Below, piece after piece: positions 25,520 through 38,140 of a stretch of 64,000 nucleotides of DNA. This DNA comes from Phoronis australis (taxonomy: Eukaryota > Animalia > Phoronida), in the NCBI GenBank assembly GCA_002633005.1, contig NMRA01000221.1, positions 62,001 to 126,000 on the forward strand. Reading direction: 5' to 3'. Made by a program: the position numbers and the translations under genes. Under the pieces are notes generated by a model. The model did not search any database. It saw nothing but the letters and a program-made list of their open reading frames with translations, and was not told the origin of the DNA. Within the stretch, counting starts at the first letter, position 1, and the number at the start of each line of letters is the position of its first letter.

Positions 25520-28005
25520 GTTTAAAGTAGATATCTTTACATGTAGTTAACATGAACAATAAAATTTTCCCATTTCGCAGAGAAGCTGTCATATACAAAG
25601 TTTTTATATGCAATTATTTTTTCAGTATTATAGTACTCATAAGTATATGTAACGAACTTGTGAAAATTAGGTATATTTTTGTAACATCTCTCCTTGTAAA
25701 TGTACTGTTTAGCTAGTAGAAGCAAAACGTTAAAAAGAAAATCATGCGTCTTGTAAAGTCTAAGAATAACACTATCGTAAGACAGACTGGTGGGAAACTG
25801 AATGCGACACTTTTGAAGTAGCTTTCCGAATTCCTTCCAGAAATCTTGAACAAAGCTACATTCCCAAAAGGGTGTGACAGCGTCTCTGGAGGGCTTTCAA
25901 GATATTTACGGGCCACGGCGAGTTTTAAAGCTTTGATGAAAGTATGCATATTTATCTTTTGAATTCCCACTTGATCAAGTCCTAAACAGGCCGCGGTTTG
26001 TTTAATTTTATCATTACGGGCCTGCCATAAAAATCTAAAAAATGTCGTATTCAATTCATCCAAGACTTTTACTGGTGGGTTTGGTAAACTTGNNNNNNNN
26101 NNNNNNNNNNNNNNNNNNNNNNNNNNNNNNNNNNNNNNNNNNNNNNNNNNNNNNNNNNNNNNNNNNNNNNNNNNNNNNNNNNNNNNNNNNNNNNNNNNNN
26201 NNNNNNNNNNNNNNNNNNNNNNNNNNNNNNNNNNNNNNNNNNNNNNNNNNNNNNNNNNNNNNNNNNNNNNNNNNNNNNNNNNNNNNNNNNNNNNNNNNNN
26301 NNNNNNNNNNNNNNNNNNNNNNNNNNNNNNNNNNNNNNNNNNNNNNNNNNNNNNNNNNNNNNNNNNNNNNNNNNNNNNNNNNNNNNNNNNNNNNNNNNNN
26401 NNNNNNNNNNNNNNNNNNNNNNNNNNNNNNNNNNNNNNNNNNNNNNNNNNNNNNNNNNNNNNNNNNNNNNNNNNNNNNNNNNNNNNNNNNNNNNNNNNNN
26501 NNNNNNNNNNNNNNNNNNNNNNNNNNNNNNNNNNNNNNNNNNNNNNNNNNNNNNNNNNNNNNNNNNNNNNNNNNNNNNNNNNNNNNNNNNNNNNNNNNNN
26601 NNNNNNNNNNNNNNNNNNNNNNNNNNNNNNNNNNNNNNNNNNNNNNNNNNNNNNNNNNNNNNNNNNNNNNNNNNNNNNNNNNNNNNNNNNNNNNNNNNNN
26701 NNNNNNNNNNNNNNNNNNNNNNNNNNNNNNNNNNNNNNNNNNNNNNNNNNNNNTGATAAAAAGAGATATTGTAAGGAACGTGGTGTTGTGGCTCAGTATG
26801 TGCCGAGAGCTGTGACCGGGGTGGAGAGAAGCAAGCTGCAGTAATGGACGCTCAAGTACAGGTCTGGTCGCTAGCCAATGACGTCGGTTCTTGCCTGACG
26901 GTAACACGCTCCGGGCTTGAAGAAGGTACCAGCAGTGGCTGTAAAAACAACAATAACCAACAGCAGATTTTGTTCGGCAAAAGGGATGGAGCGTGGTAAA
27001 GGTAGAAAACGGTTGACGTGAAATTTTGTGGTACCCCGGGTAGGGAGGGCGGGAGAGGTATAAACTTGTCTAATTAGGAAAACTTACGAGTGAATGTACT
27101 GTTGCTTGAGGCTGGGCCAACAGGAAGCTGGAGAGAAAGAACAAACAGCGCAACCATCGGACTTGGTAGGAATTAACCAGCAGTTGGATACGAAGCGTGA
27201 AGGGCTCATAATGGTATTTGCCCAAATAATAGGATTTATGTCAGAGTGCCATAAATCTCATTATATGTCACATTGAGTAAGGTCAAATAATGTTAATTTA
27301 TCTGCTCCCTTAGAGATGCAGGTGATCACTCCCTCTTTCTGTGTTGAGGATAACTGGCCAACAGCAAAACCAGTATTAAGTGTGCGAACAACGAGATGTC
27401 CAATGTCAGCCCAAAAAAATTCCACTGAAAAACCACCAGAACCTGGGCTCTTGTTGTTTTTCATTTCTTTTCAAGCATTGTGTGACTTCTTCATATGTAA
27501 GAAGACATTACAATTTTTCTTTTTCTATCTCATTCAGTTAGGAGGAACAAACCTCATCAAGAAGAGTTTCTAAAGCAGTATTGTTAGACTGTCTATATTT
27601 GCATAAATTTTCATAAAAAGTTTTGGTTTCCTAAATAACTTCTTCTTCACTATTGACTTTATTGTCAGATTTCCACAAAAAGGCATAAACTTACTTGTGT
27701 AATGCCTATTTTCCAAGTGAAGAAAATATTTGGAAGGCTTTTCACCTTCTTCAATCCATCTTGCTCTCGACCTAGTCATAAGACCTCTTAACTTATTTTG
27801 CCTTAGCTCGGCAAGTAGATTATTTTTTTGTTCCAGTAGTACCCTGCCAAGGCTTAGACTTTTTTCCAACAAGCTTATTTCTTTGATAAGTTGCTGTTCA
27901 ACTATATTACTTTTTCTTTTTTAGTAAGTAGCATATTAATCTTTGCCGAAAATATCTTGAGAAGAGACGCGAATGTTTTCTTTTCCAATTGGATCTGCTC
28001 TGCGT
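25520..28005 (-). mobile_element. Degenerate L1/Tx1-clade non-LTR retrotransposon ORF2, interrupted by the assembly gap
   Basis: Motifs RSRARWIEEGEKPSKYFLHLE (27570-27872), MKNNKSPGSGGFSVEFF...KEGVITCISKG (27261-27464), FFRFLWQARNDKIK (25713-26063) and LLLAKQYIYK (25537-25725), with frameshifts. Confidence 0.88.
26093..26753. other. Assembly gap (661 N)
   Basis: Run of n characters. Confidence 1.
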
Positions 28006-28006
28006 G

Positions 28007-28793
28007 GAAAGTAAGTGTTAGCGTGAAAGAGAATGTGGCAACAGCGACCTATTTGACTCGAAGAACAATGTTACTAAACATAGTATGGACATGATAATTA
28101 TTTTATTTGATTGAGTTGTTGGCGGCCAAGAACTATAATATTAGAATGAATCATGTTACACATTGCATCATTTGAAACTGGTAGTGTGAGCCAGAAGCTG
28201 ACCAGGCTTATTTTAACAAAGGCCAATGAATTCATGGATTTTTAAAAAAACTTCTGTGGTTATGCGCTAGTTTTTGGTTTCGAAATTTTCAAATAGAAAA
28301 GGCCAGCTGAAATGGGCCGGTCTCCGTTTCTTAACATTGTGTCATGTTGGCTGACATTATTTAGATTCCTTTTCCCCCATTGTTACCTCATGTCAAGAAT
28401 TGTACACTTGGCCTACATCAAAATCCTGCACTCACTGCTTGTTTTGTATTTGGTACATTATGTTTCACATACCCCAGAATGAATGAGGCACAGAAAGAAT
28501 ACTGGCGGGACTACGCGCCAGCTCTGGGCAACATTCGGTTGAAATTCACAGGCTAAAAGTCACATGTCTTGTCCGATTTTAAAAATTCAAAAACCAAACA
28601 ACGTCTACTTTTCATGAACGATTCAAATATGCTTTTTAAAAATTTTCAACTCGAAAATTAGAAAGAATTGTCGCCCCCAGTGTGTTTATGGGGGTTGCGA
28701 TTATCTAGAAACGATAACATTAACCACAACAGCATAAGGTCTTTGATTCCTGGGTTAGGCAAACCCGTCGATTTGTCCAATCTCGACCGGTTT
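28007..28793 (+). repeat. ~0.8-kb direct repeat, copy 1
   Basis: Near-identical to 31473-32287 from taagtgttagcgtgaaagagaatg to ccaatctcgaccggttt. Confidence 0.95.
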
Positions 28794-31472
28794 TGGTGTC
28801 AACGTAGGATTCGTGTCATGTGTTGCCAGCCGAAATTGGTTTCAAAATCCCGAGGCTTGCCTCGCGATGATGATCTCATCCATTGGCTGTCAATAAGAAA
28901 ATACGCAGGTCTTATAGTAAGAGAGAACGCAAACAGTCGAGGAACAACCAACAAATGGCATTACTGAGCGTGAAAATTGACGATTTTGGTCATTCCTATG
29001 ATGGCCTATGTTCCGTCTGTTCTTGCTATTATGTGCGCGTCCCGTTCAGTAACACTAGGTTCTCGCTAAAAAGCAAAATTTCGCGAGATTACGTGATATA
29101 TTGCTGTGTATTTTAAATAAAAACACGTGACTTATATTAAATTTTAGCTAGGTCCTAGCGTACAGTAGGTCCTAGCGTCTACTGAACGCACGCCTGCCGA
29201 GCATCCGACAGTGATGTTATATTTTTGCGATATTCGTGCAAAAAAGGCTGACATCGGTATTCGAAAGAACCAAACAAGACTTGCAGATCCTACGATGTGT
29301 TCGTACTCATATTCACAATTGTCGCAGAGGAGATAGATTTTGGCCTTTGAAAACTTCTCTCACTAGATTGAAACAGACGGAGCGCATGTTAAAACGGGAA
29401 AACCTATTCCTTTGGAAAAGCTTGAATGGATGTAAACAAAACCTATCCCGGATGAAGACGCTCTGCAGGCCTACATGTACATGTATATGAAGGTTTGTGG
29501 CAACATAGACTATAGGCAACGAAATGTATCTACATTAAGTTATGACGAGAATAGGTGCAATAAACGGATCAGTTTGGACGAATAGTATTGTCACTGGTGT
29601 GTTCGGAGAGGGCACAAAAATCTATTATACAAGACAGTGAACTAAAGCCGTGGCGTAAATGAGGAGCAGGGTATTCAACAACATGTCAAGCAAAGTAAAC
29701 GATCTTGAAAAGCACAAAGACAGGCTACAGCTGCAGCATGGGCCATACTGTGACACCACGCTCTCACTGGGCGCGACTACTCAACGAACTTTTCATGAAA
29801 GCCGATGTGAATACAGTAGGTGGTAACTGGAACTAAACGAATTCATGCAATAGTTCCGTTTGCCGTTCAAATGGTGTCTGAGTAACCCTCAATATTATTG
29901 TAATAAAAAAACTATAATACAAGCATCGACATTAAAAAGCGATCATTTACTCATTCCTCAATTTCGTCAATAAAGGCAAAACGTGTTCAGAGTAAGGAGA
30001 ACTCCGTCAATCTTGTTCTCTGATGAGCATAGAAGCGTTGATGTTGGTGTAGTCTCTGTATTTGCGCGTCCGCACTAAGTAACATCAAGGATGACAATAA
30101 GCCTTTGTCGAACTGATGAACAAGACTTTATTCCCATATCTTACAACACAGCCACTTCAAACACCCTGTTCTTATTTTTCCTTAAATTTACATTCAGCGG
30201 AATCCCCTTGCAACTAGCAAATGTCTCAGGAATTGAGATTGTTTCTTTGTGCAAAGCACTAAAACTGCATTGTTCTAGTCGAGTCGGTTGTTTAAAATGA
30301 GTAGAACCACGACTGACGAATGGCCAGGAGAAGCTGAATGGCTTTGGCGCACACGCACGCGAACCGTTAGCGACAGGTCACATTACCCTTGAAGGTTTTT
30401 ATTAAGTAAGGTGTAATGCAAGCAAGTTAAACACAATTGTGACATTTCATGTTTAGATTGCACGGAAAATATCGATATTGTAACTGAGGTGGCACACATG
30501 ACTTAGGTTGTGTACTTCTTTGTAATGGGTGGGAATAAGCGGAAGTAGGATGAGGTTAGGCAGTTTGTCAACAATCAGTTGAAATTTTATAATAAGTGGT
30601 GTTAAGAACATTAGTACAAAGACATGTAAGACAAAAATGCAAGCCCTTCTCACTTTTACCACACACCCGCACGCACGAACTCACACTCACACACACCCTC
30701 CCTCGTCAACAAACCCACACACTTGATCTAGGATGTTTTTAGGAGAAAGTTAAGGTTAGCCAGTTTCTCCAGGTTGCCTGGTATTCATCTAAATTACCAT
30801 TAGTTATCAATATTCTTTGAAAATAAAATTCTCATTCTAATATAGTAAGAAAATGACAGAAACATTTAGTTACGTACATAAGATATTTTAAATGTAAAAA
30901 GAATCCAATTGAAAACTTTAATTTAATTACTTATGGGCAAGCCAAAAATCATTGTTTTTTCAATAATTAAACGGAAACTACTTACCTACAACACTCAACT
31001 GATTAATTCTCCAACAATATTTTGACATTATTGCATTCGAAAAGGATGTGATCTACTGCTTTAGTTTGTGACTTGTAGAAATTACAGCAACCAGTTGAAT
31101 TTGCCTGGCAAAGACTTCGCGCCTTAGAAATTTGAAATGGGATTGATTCCATCATTGAATCACTGTTAAGGTACTGTGTTCATTCATCGTAAATGGTATT
31201 TCCCCAAGTATGTCTCCGCAATTGTCTGGCATATAACAATTGTGGCTTGAGTGGAGTGGCCCTGAACATGTTTCAATTAATTTCAATAGCTTCTGGTGTG
31301 TTGATCTAACACACCTCGGAGGTTTGGGCTTGTCTGGCGTGGGTATCCCACCACAGGATTTGTCTGGCGAAGTTCCTCATGACGCTTGGTTTAAAATTGA
31401 ATATTTTGCAACTGGTTTCATGTGGTTAACTCTTGTATTGATTTAGCTCAGTTTTGGGACACCAACATATTA

Positions 31473-32287
31473 GAAAATAAGTGTTAGCGTGAAAGAGAAT
31501 GTGGCAACAGCGACCTATTTGACTCGAAGAAAAATGTTACTAAACACAGTATGGACATGATAATCATTTTATTTGATTGAGTTGTTGACGGCCAAGAACT
31601 ATGATATTAGAATGAATCATGTTGCACATTGCATCATTTAACACTGGTAGTGTGAGCAAGAAGCTGACCAAGCTTTATTTTAACAAAGGCCAGTGAATTC
31701 ATGACAAAGAAAAAAACATATGGTTCTAGTCTTGGATTTTTTAAAAAACTTCTGTGGTTATGCGCAAGTTTTTGGTTTCGAAATTTTCAAATAGAAAAGG
31801 CCAGCTGAAATGAGCCGGTATCCGTTTCTTAACATTGTGTCATATTGGCTGGCATTATTTAGGTTCCTTTTTCCCCATTGTTACCTCATGTCAAGAATTG
31901 TACACTTGGGCTACATCAAAATCCTGCACTCCCTGCTTGTTTTGTATTTGGTACATTATGTTTCACATACCCCAGAATGAATGAGGCACAGAATACTGGC
32001 GGGACTACGCGCCAGCTCCGGGCAACATTCGGTTGAAATTCACAGGCTAAAAGTCACATGTTTTGTCCGATTTTAAAAATTCAAAAACCAAACAACGTCT
32101 ACTTTTCATGAACGATTCAAATATGCTTTTTAAAAATTTTCAACTCGAAAATTAGAAAGAATCGTCGCCCCCAGTGTGTTTATGGGGGTTGCGATTATCT
32201 AGAAACGATAACATTAACCACAACAGCATAAGGTCTTTGATTCCTGGGTTAGGCAAACCCGTCGATTTGTCCAATCTCGACCGGTTT
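31473..32287 (+). repeat. ~0.8-kb direct repeat, copy 2
   Basis: As copy 1, with scattered substitutions and an extra ~30 bp near 31705-31733. Confidence 0.95.
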
Positions 32288-32979
32288 ATTTCTCAAAACA
32301 TTGTCTGGTGGTAGCTAAGGTACAAAACTATAAATCATAAGGCATTTATTTGATGCTATGAATCTGAAAAAAAATTCAAAAGTATAAGATTTCACTTGTC
32401 CGCTAAATCATATCCTAAATTGGTGAGAATTGTTACCATGGGCAGCGCAGCACTGAAATAAGTGAGGGGGCTATAGGCCCCCAGATCGCTATGGTGCGCG
32501 CCACCCACATCCATGGGCGGTGCAGCACTGAAATACTCCCCCCTCATGGTGCGTCGCCCATGGTTGCTGTATGTTCCTGTTCCCATCAGCCAATGAACAG
32601 GTAGAGTAGACCAAGAGAACTTACCTCTCGTCGCTGAACAGACAATGAGGACAGACAACCTGTTCACAGCATTCTTTCTGATGAGCGAATCTCCTCTTCA
32701 GAAATCTCTGCCGGAATCGGTCCAAGATCTGCAATACAACATTTTAAGATTTTAAAAACACTAATTATCATATACAAATCAAGTTGACTTAAAAGCGAAT
32801 CAGATTTGAGCAAAAAGGACAACTTAACACGTGTATTCAATTGGACACCCACAACTGACTGACAAAGAGGAAGACATCATCTTCAAATAACACCGAGACA
32901 CGACAATCAGGCGTTTATGCAGCGTACGTCCTGGACGTCCAAATGGACGCTCTGGCACTAACATGGAGCCCTGGCAAGG

Positions 32980-33890
32980 ACGCCCAATGTATCATTTGGA
33001 GGCCCACTATCAATAGGAATCTTTCAAGTTTGGACACACACATTGTAATGATTACTAGGAAACCTATAGGGCCTTTCATACCAACATCGATCCGTCGATG
33101 GTTTGGGGAGTTACGGTCAGTATGAACGCTTAACTCCGGTCCTGGATCGCTGTTAACAGCTCCAATTAACGTCGCAGTTAACAGGTGGATTTAAGACCAC
33201 AGCATCGACGCTGCGGTGCAGTATGAACGCTTAACTTCGGTCCAATCGAAGTTATCGCCAGGTGCCACTGTTATCGCCAACAGTTACAAGGTAGTGCCGT
33301 CACTAATAGTTGCTTATATTTTGCTCTAATAATAACCAATCGATTTAAAAATAAGTTTAATGTCACTTAGCACATGTAAATATTTCCAAATTGAAACATT
33401 GAAAAAAATCTTAACGTGCATCGCTACCTTGTGATAACTTCGATGACGACAGCAGCACACAACCATTTACTTCGATGTTCATTAACTACCGAAGCCAGTA
33501 TGAACGGTCCAGTTAACTGCATTGTTTACATCGATGCTCCCCTCAGACCGGGCCTTATGAAGACTCACAGTGGTGGCTTTTTGCAAAGCAGGAAGAAATA
33601 TACAATGTATATACAAAGTATATATAATACTTTGTATATACAATGTTGCTATGCTCACACTTGTTTGATAGCATTGTAAAAGTCTTAGTCTAGTTTTTTT
33701 TAGTAAAAATGCTCACTACAGAAGGCTGTTTTGCAAAATTAGATGTAAAAACCTTGGCCTATGCATTTTTTGGTAAAAAATATGTGTTTGGGGGGAATAC
33801 TGGGGGTGGGGGGGGTTACGCGTCGGAATCATGGACGCCCTGGAATATTGGGAACCCCATTTTGGACACCCTATTTTCGAAATCCTGGAA
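32980..33890 (+). repeat. Left arm of an inverted duplication (partner 37620-38140), interrupted by a ~490-bp MITE at ~33068-33557
   Basis: tgtatcatttgga.gcccactatcaataggaa and actcacagtggtggc...ggacaccctattttc.aaatcctgga match the reverse complement of 37620-38140. Confidence 0.85.
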
Positions 33891-35269
33891 AAGGACTGAT
33901 GACAATGCGGATGCATATAACACTAGTTTGTCAAACTCTCCCACCTCACCACCGTCTCTGAACAGGTGAACAGAAGAGCAATACGTAGACATAGTTTCTT
34001 ATGTGAAAAGCAAGATCGTGCAAGAATGTATGCTCAGGAGATTACTGGTCTATTCTAGCAAAATGGCAGCCACTGAAGTGATTGGTTGCCAAGGTTTGAG
34101 TCTTGAATTTACTGTTCCCATTCTATAAGTGAAGACTTCTTCACCATGAGTACAAGCTAATGTCTTGCCATCGACACAAGCAGATGTTGGCACCATCATC
34201 TTAAGCCGTTTTTATAAGAGAAACAATCGTCATGGTGGAGTTGTTACGGCACGACGGCGGCGTATTACTCCACTTTAGTCGCATTTACATGACATTAGAT
34301 CAAAAACTGGATAAGTATGAGACTTCAACAGAAAGGATCCATTCCATCATGCCACAGTTAATGCTTAGATGTATAGTTGAGATTGGAGCAACCGATTGAG
34401 TGCACCTTGCTCTACCTCTCAAACCAGAGTCAAAAATGGCTGCCACGGTGTCAACTTCTTCCATGTCAATGGTGTTTACAACCGCTCTTTTGCCCGATAA
34501 AGTATAAATGGAACTTTACGCACAGTCAACTTGGGCCACATCAAAGTTATTGCCTAAACACACTCAGCAAGCAAAACAGCTCGACTTGGGAGACTTGCCA
34601 AATTTAAAAATCAGATTTTTACACTTTCAGCTTTATAGTTTGCAATATCAGTCTGCTAGTTTCAACGCTATATTCCTACAATAACTCTGGCTATCTCATT
34701 TGATTGTCTTTCAACACAGCAACCCCACATACTCACATGCTCACTGTCAAATATGGAGAAACTTTAAGATCTTGTCTGAAAGTGACCTATTTATGTTTTC
34801 AATCAAACCCAAGCCACCAAGCTATTGAATTTCAACCAATGAAAGGGATACTGAACCTGCATCTATGTAACAGCTCTGACAGAACATCACAATTTTTTTC
34901 CCTGCACAAAAACAACAGAGTTTTTTTCATTATGTACAGTAAAACCTTAAATAGGGAATTCCATAAGATTTCTTCATACCTACTTTTATTACTACAAGAA
35001 ATAACAGACTAATAAATAATTACATAGGAATACATGTTTAATATCTGATGTAATTATAAAGATTTGGAACAAAACACAACCTGAAAGGTTGGCACTTTGT
35101 TCAAAGCACTGCACGTAGGTTTTCTAATTAGACAAAAACTACACGTGTTATAACCCCAGTGTTCTACTTAGACAAACATTGAAACAAGATGTAAATTACG
35201 TGTCATGTTCTCCTGCTATAATCTTCCTTTATATTAATTCACAAAAAACAACTTTAGTTACGACTTCTA

Positions 35270-35620
35270 CAAATTGGTGGTCCAAAGGGTCTCTAACACC
35301 TTTGGCAAACTAACTGTTATTAAATCATTTGCTCTGCCAATACTGGTCTATCTTCCGAAAACATTCTCGTCTACGTCTACGTCTACACCATGGTTGAATT
35401 ACAAGACAAACTATTTTATAGTTTAATCTGGCAAAATAAACCTGACAAAATTAAGAGGACCACCGGGGTTCAAGATTTATCATTGAAGGGTACACTTGAA
35501 GTCATTCATCAACTCCCTTAAAATTATGAGGTTTAGAAGATTAATACAACACGATGGAACCTGGAAGAAAATTATAATTCCAACAAATCTGTTATTTTCA
35601 CTGAACGTATTTAATTTCTG
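35270..35620 (+). mobile_element. L1/Tx1 ORF2 fragment
   Basis: Translates to GKLTVIKSFALPILVYL...KLFYSLIWQNKPDKIKR, the same post-RT region as 25713-26063. Confidence 0.65.
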
Positions 35621-36639
35621 TACGGCCAATTTTCGTTTCCTAGCTGCAACGATTCATAATCACTTGGATCTGATTCATTTCCACTGAGCAAACACTTTTG
35701 TCCCATTCGCTGTTGTATCAGTCATTCGTGTTTGTTGAGTGAAAGTGAATACAGAACCATGATGAGAGCCCTTCATGTCACTTTCTAATGTCAGATGGAG
35801 AGTAAACACAGGCGTGCCAATGGAAGAGTAATTAACATCCCAATATACATGCCCATGGTAACCAGGGATCTGCGTTTTTGCTAACTAAAAGTAACACCAA
35901 AAAACAGTGGAAATTATGTGAAGTGAGAAATAGACTACATTGCAGTGGTGGATTTATGGGAAGGGGCAAAGGGGGCCATGCCCCCCCCCCTCCTTAAATT
36001 CTCCCATATTCCATTTGGTAGATCAAGGGTGCGAATGTCTGACGGGCAATATCCTGGCTATATACTCTGCCCTGGGCCCCCTCACTCAAAATCCTGGATC
36101 TCCCTTGCATCGTATTGTAAAATTGATTAACTAAACTCCTACAAATCCATAACATGCTCACAGGATTAAGGTTGTTGAATCCTCGACTCTACCACATTAT
36201 TCGTTTTAATTTGTTTGGAACTGGTATTAGATAAGAGTTTACGAGTTTTCATAAAGTTTGAATTTTTTCCACAAAAACGAAGCAGTCATTTGCATTTAAT
36301 TGCCAGGGAGCAGTGATAAAACTTTGTGCTCTCATTTTTAGAAAATGCAAGGATATACGACCTAGGAGCTGTTTTGCAAGTCGGATCAAAGATCATGGTT
36401 CATTTCAGTACATAACGTTCAAAAAAGTTCAGCTTAATTGAACTTTGATCAACTCCTTTACCAAACTCAGATCCAGCAATTTAATTCCTATATACAGGCA
36501 CGATGTATTAAAACACCAACTTTGTATTAAATTACATTTTCCCAATTTCAACCATTCAAAATCCCGGAATTGAAAAGGTAACAAAAAAGAGGATTCTGTG
36601 TGGTTCAAATTAACACAACAGACCAGCTATATCCACTCG

Positions 36640-36950
36640 CTCCACATTTTTTGGTCTTTGAATGATGTCGGGAAGAACTTAAAGACATCACACATCAACT
36701 ATCTCCTGGAATAGCAGCCCACAGCACAGCCATAATACTTCAATGGCATTGGAAGGACAAATAGAGTAATGCAGCTGAGAAAAAAACTTAAAGAACACAA
36801 GAAAAACAAAGTACATGTGGAACTCCAATGGCACAAAAATGAGGTTGTAAAAGTGTTTGATGGATATTGCAGCATTGTGGGTAAATACAGCAAGATTCGA
36901 GTGTCGCTGTGTAATGTGGAACGGCCCTATTCAAAACTCATAGTAAAACA
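36640..36950 (-). mobile_element. THAP-domain transposon 5' fragment (family also at 52560-52880 and 60770-61250)
   Basis: MPLKYYGCAVGC. Shares ggcattggaaggac...gagtaatgca...actcca.tggcac with the other two copies. Confidence 0.7.
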
Positions 36951-37142
36951 TTTTTAGTCAAATCCAATTTGAATTACGTTATTTGCTTAATCATCAAAGC
37001 TAGAAACCTTGTCTAACTTGTACCAAAAATCGTCTGAAATTCCTTGTTGAAGGCCTCGAAATATTTAAAGATTTTTGATAATACGAAACATAAACTGACC
37101 TTGACTCACAGGTATAGCATTGATCAACTAGAAAGTACTTAT

Positions 37143-37273
37143 AGTGCTCATTTCAGGAAAGTGCTAGTGTTCATTTCAGGAAAGTGCTAGTGTTCATTTC
37201 TGGAAAGTGTTAATGTTCGTTTCAGGAAAGTGCTAGAGTTCATTTCAGGAGAGTGCTAGTGTTCATTTCAGGA
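37143..37273. repeat. Minisatellite, 23-bp unit, ~5.5 copies
   Basis: Repeated agtgttcatttcaggaaagtgct. Confidence 0.92.
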
Positions 37274-37619
37274 GCTATTAATTCAGCAATGGTTTTAAAT
37301 ATCAGGAGAGTCTGCGGTTAACAGGAAAGTGTATAGTGTTCCAGGTTGCTACACTACAGAATGAGAACTAATCAACATCACCACTCAAAAGCAACATGGA
37401 GTGTTGATAAGTGCATGAAACAAAGTAAAGGGATTCTTAAATCCCATTGTGCAGAAAGACAGATGCTGAATACAGAACCAAAATACTAAAATACTAACAT
37501 TTTACGTGGGGACATATAAACGTGTATCCGAGTTCTATGAAAATGAGTGTTGCCTAAAAATTATTATGTGAAGTTTTGACAACCGCCTTGAAACAAAAAG
37601 GGGAGACTTGGTGCAGGCC

Positions 37620-38140
37620 TTTATCCAGGATTTTGAAAATAGGGTGTCCAAAATGGGGTTCCTAATATTCGACGGCGCCCATGATTCCGAAACATAACCC
37701 CCCCCCACCCAGGCCTTTATGCAACGTANAAAAATCTGTGTGTTTGGGGGGATTGCTGGGGGTGGGGGATTACTCGTCGGAATATTGGGAACCCATGGAT
37801 AAAGGCCTGCCCCACCCCTAGCAATCCCCCCAAACACACAGATTTTTTTACAAAAAAATGCATAGACCAAGGTTTTTACATCTAAGTTTACAAAACAGCC
37901 ATCTGTAGTGAGCATTTTTAATAAAAAACTGTGTAGACCAAGACTTTCCAATGCTATCAACCAAGTGTGAGCATAGCAACATTGTATATACTTTGCATAT
38001 ACATTCTATACGTCTTCCCGCTTTGAAAAAAGAGCCACCACTGTGAGTCTCCATCGGCTTCTTAGTAATCATTACAATGTGTGAGTCCAAACTTGAAAGG
38101 TTCCTATTGATAGTGGGCGTCCAAATGATACACTGGGCCT
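37620..38140 (-). repeat. Right arm of the inverted duplication (partner 32980-33890)
   Basis: Reverse-complement match. The ORF track also shows MLTTDGCFVNLDVKTL vs MLTTEGCFAKLDVKTL. Confidence 0.85.

Noticed and set aside
26042-26907. 257-aa and 283-aa ORFs
   Set aside because: Artefacts of reading through the N gap.
28007-32287. LTR retrotransposon call
   Set aside because: No TG...CA termini, TSD, PBS/PPT or gag-pol motifs seen.
37143-37273. 23-bp repeats as a CRISPR array
   Set aside because: Head-to-tail units with no spacers, in a eukaryotic context. A minisatellite.
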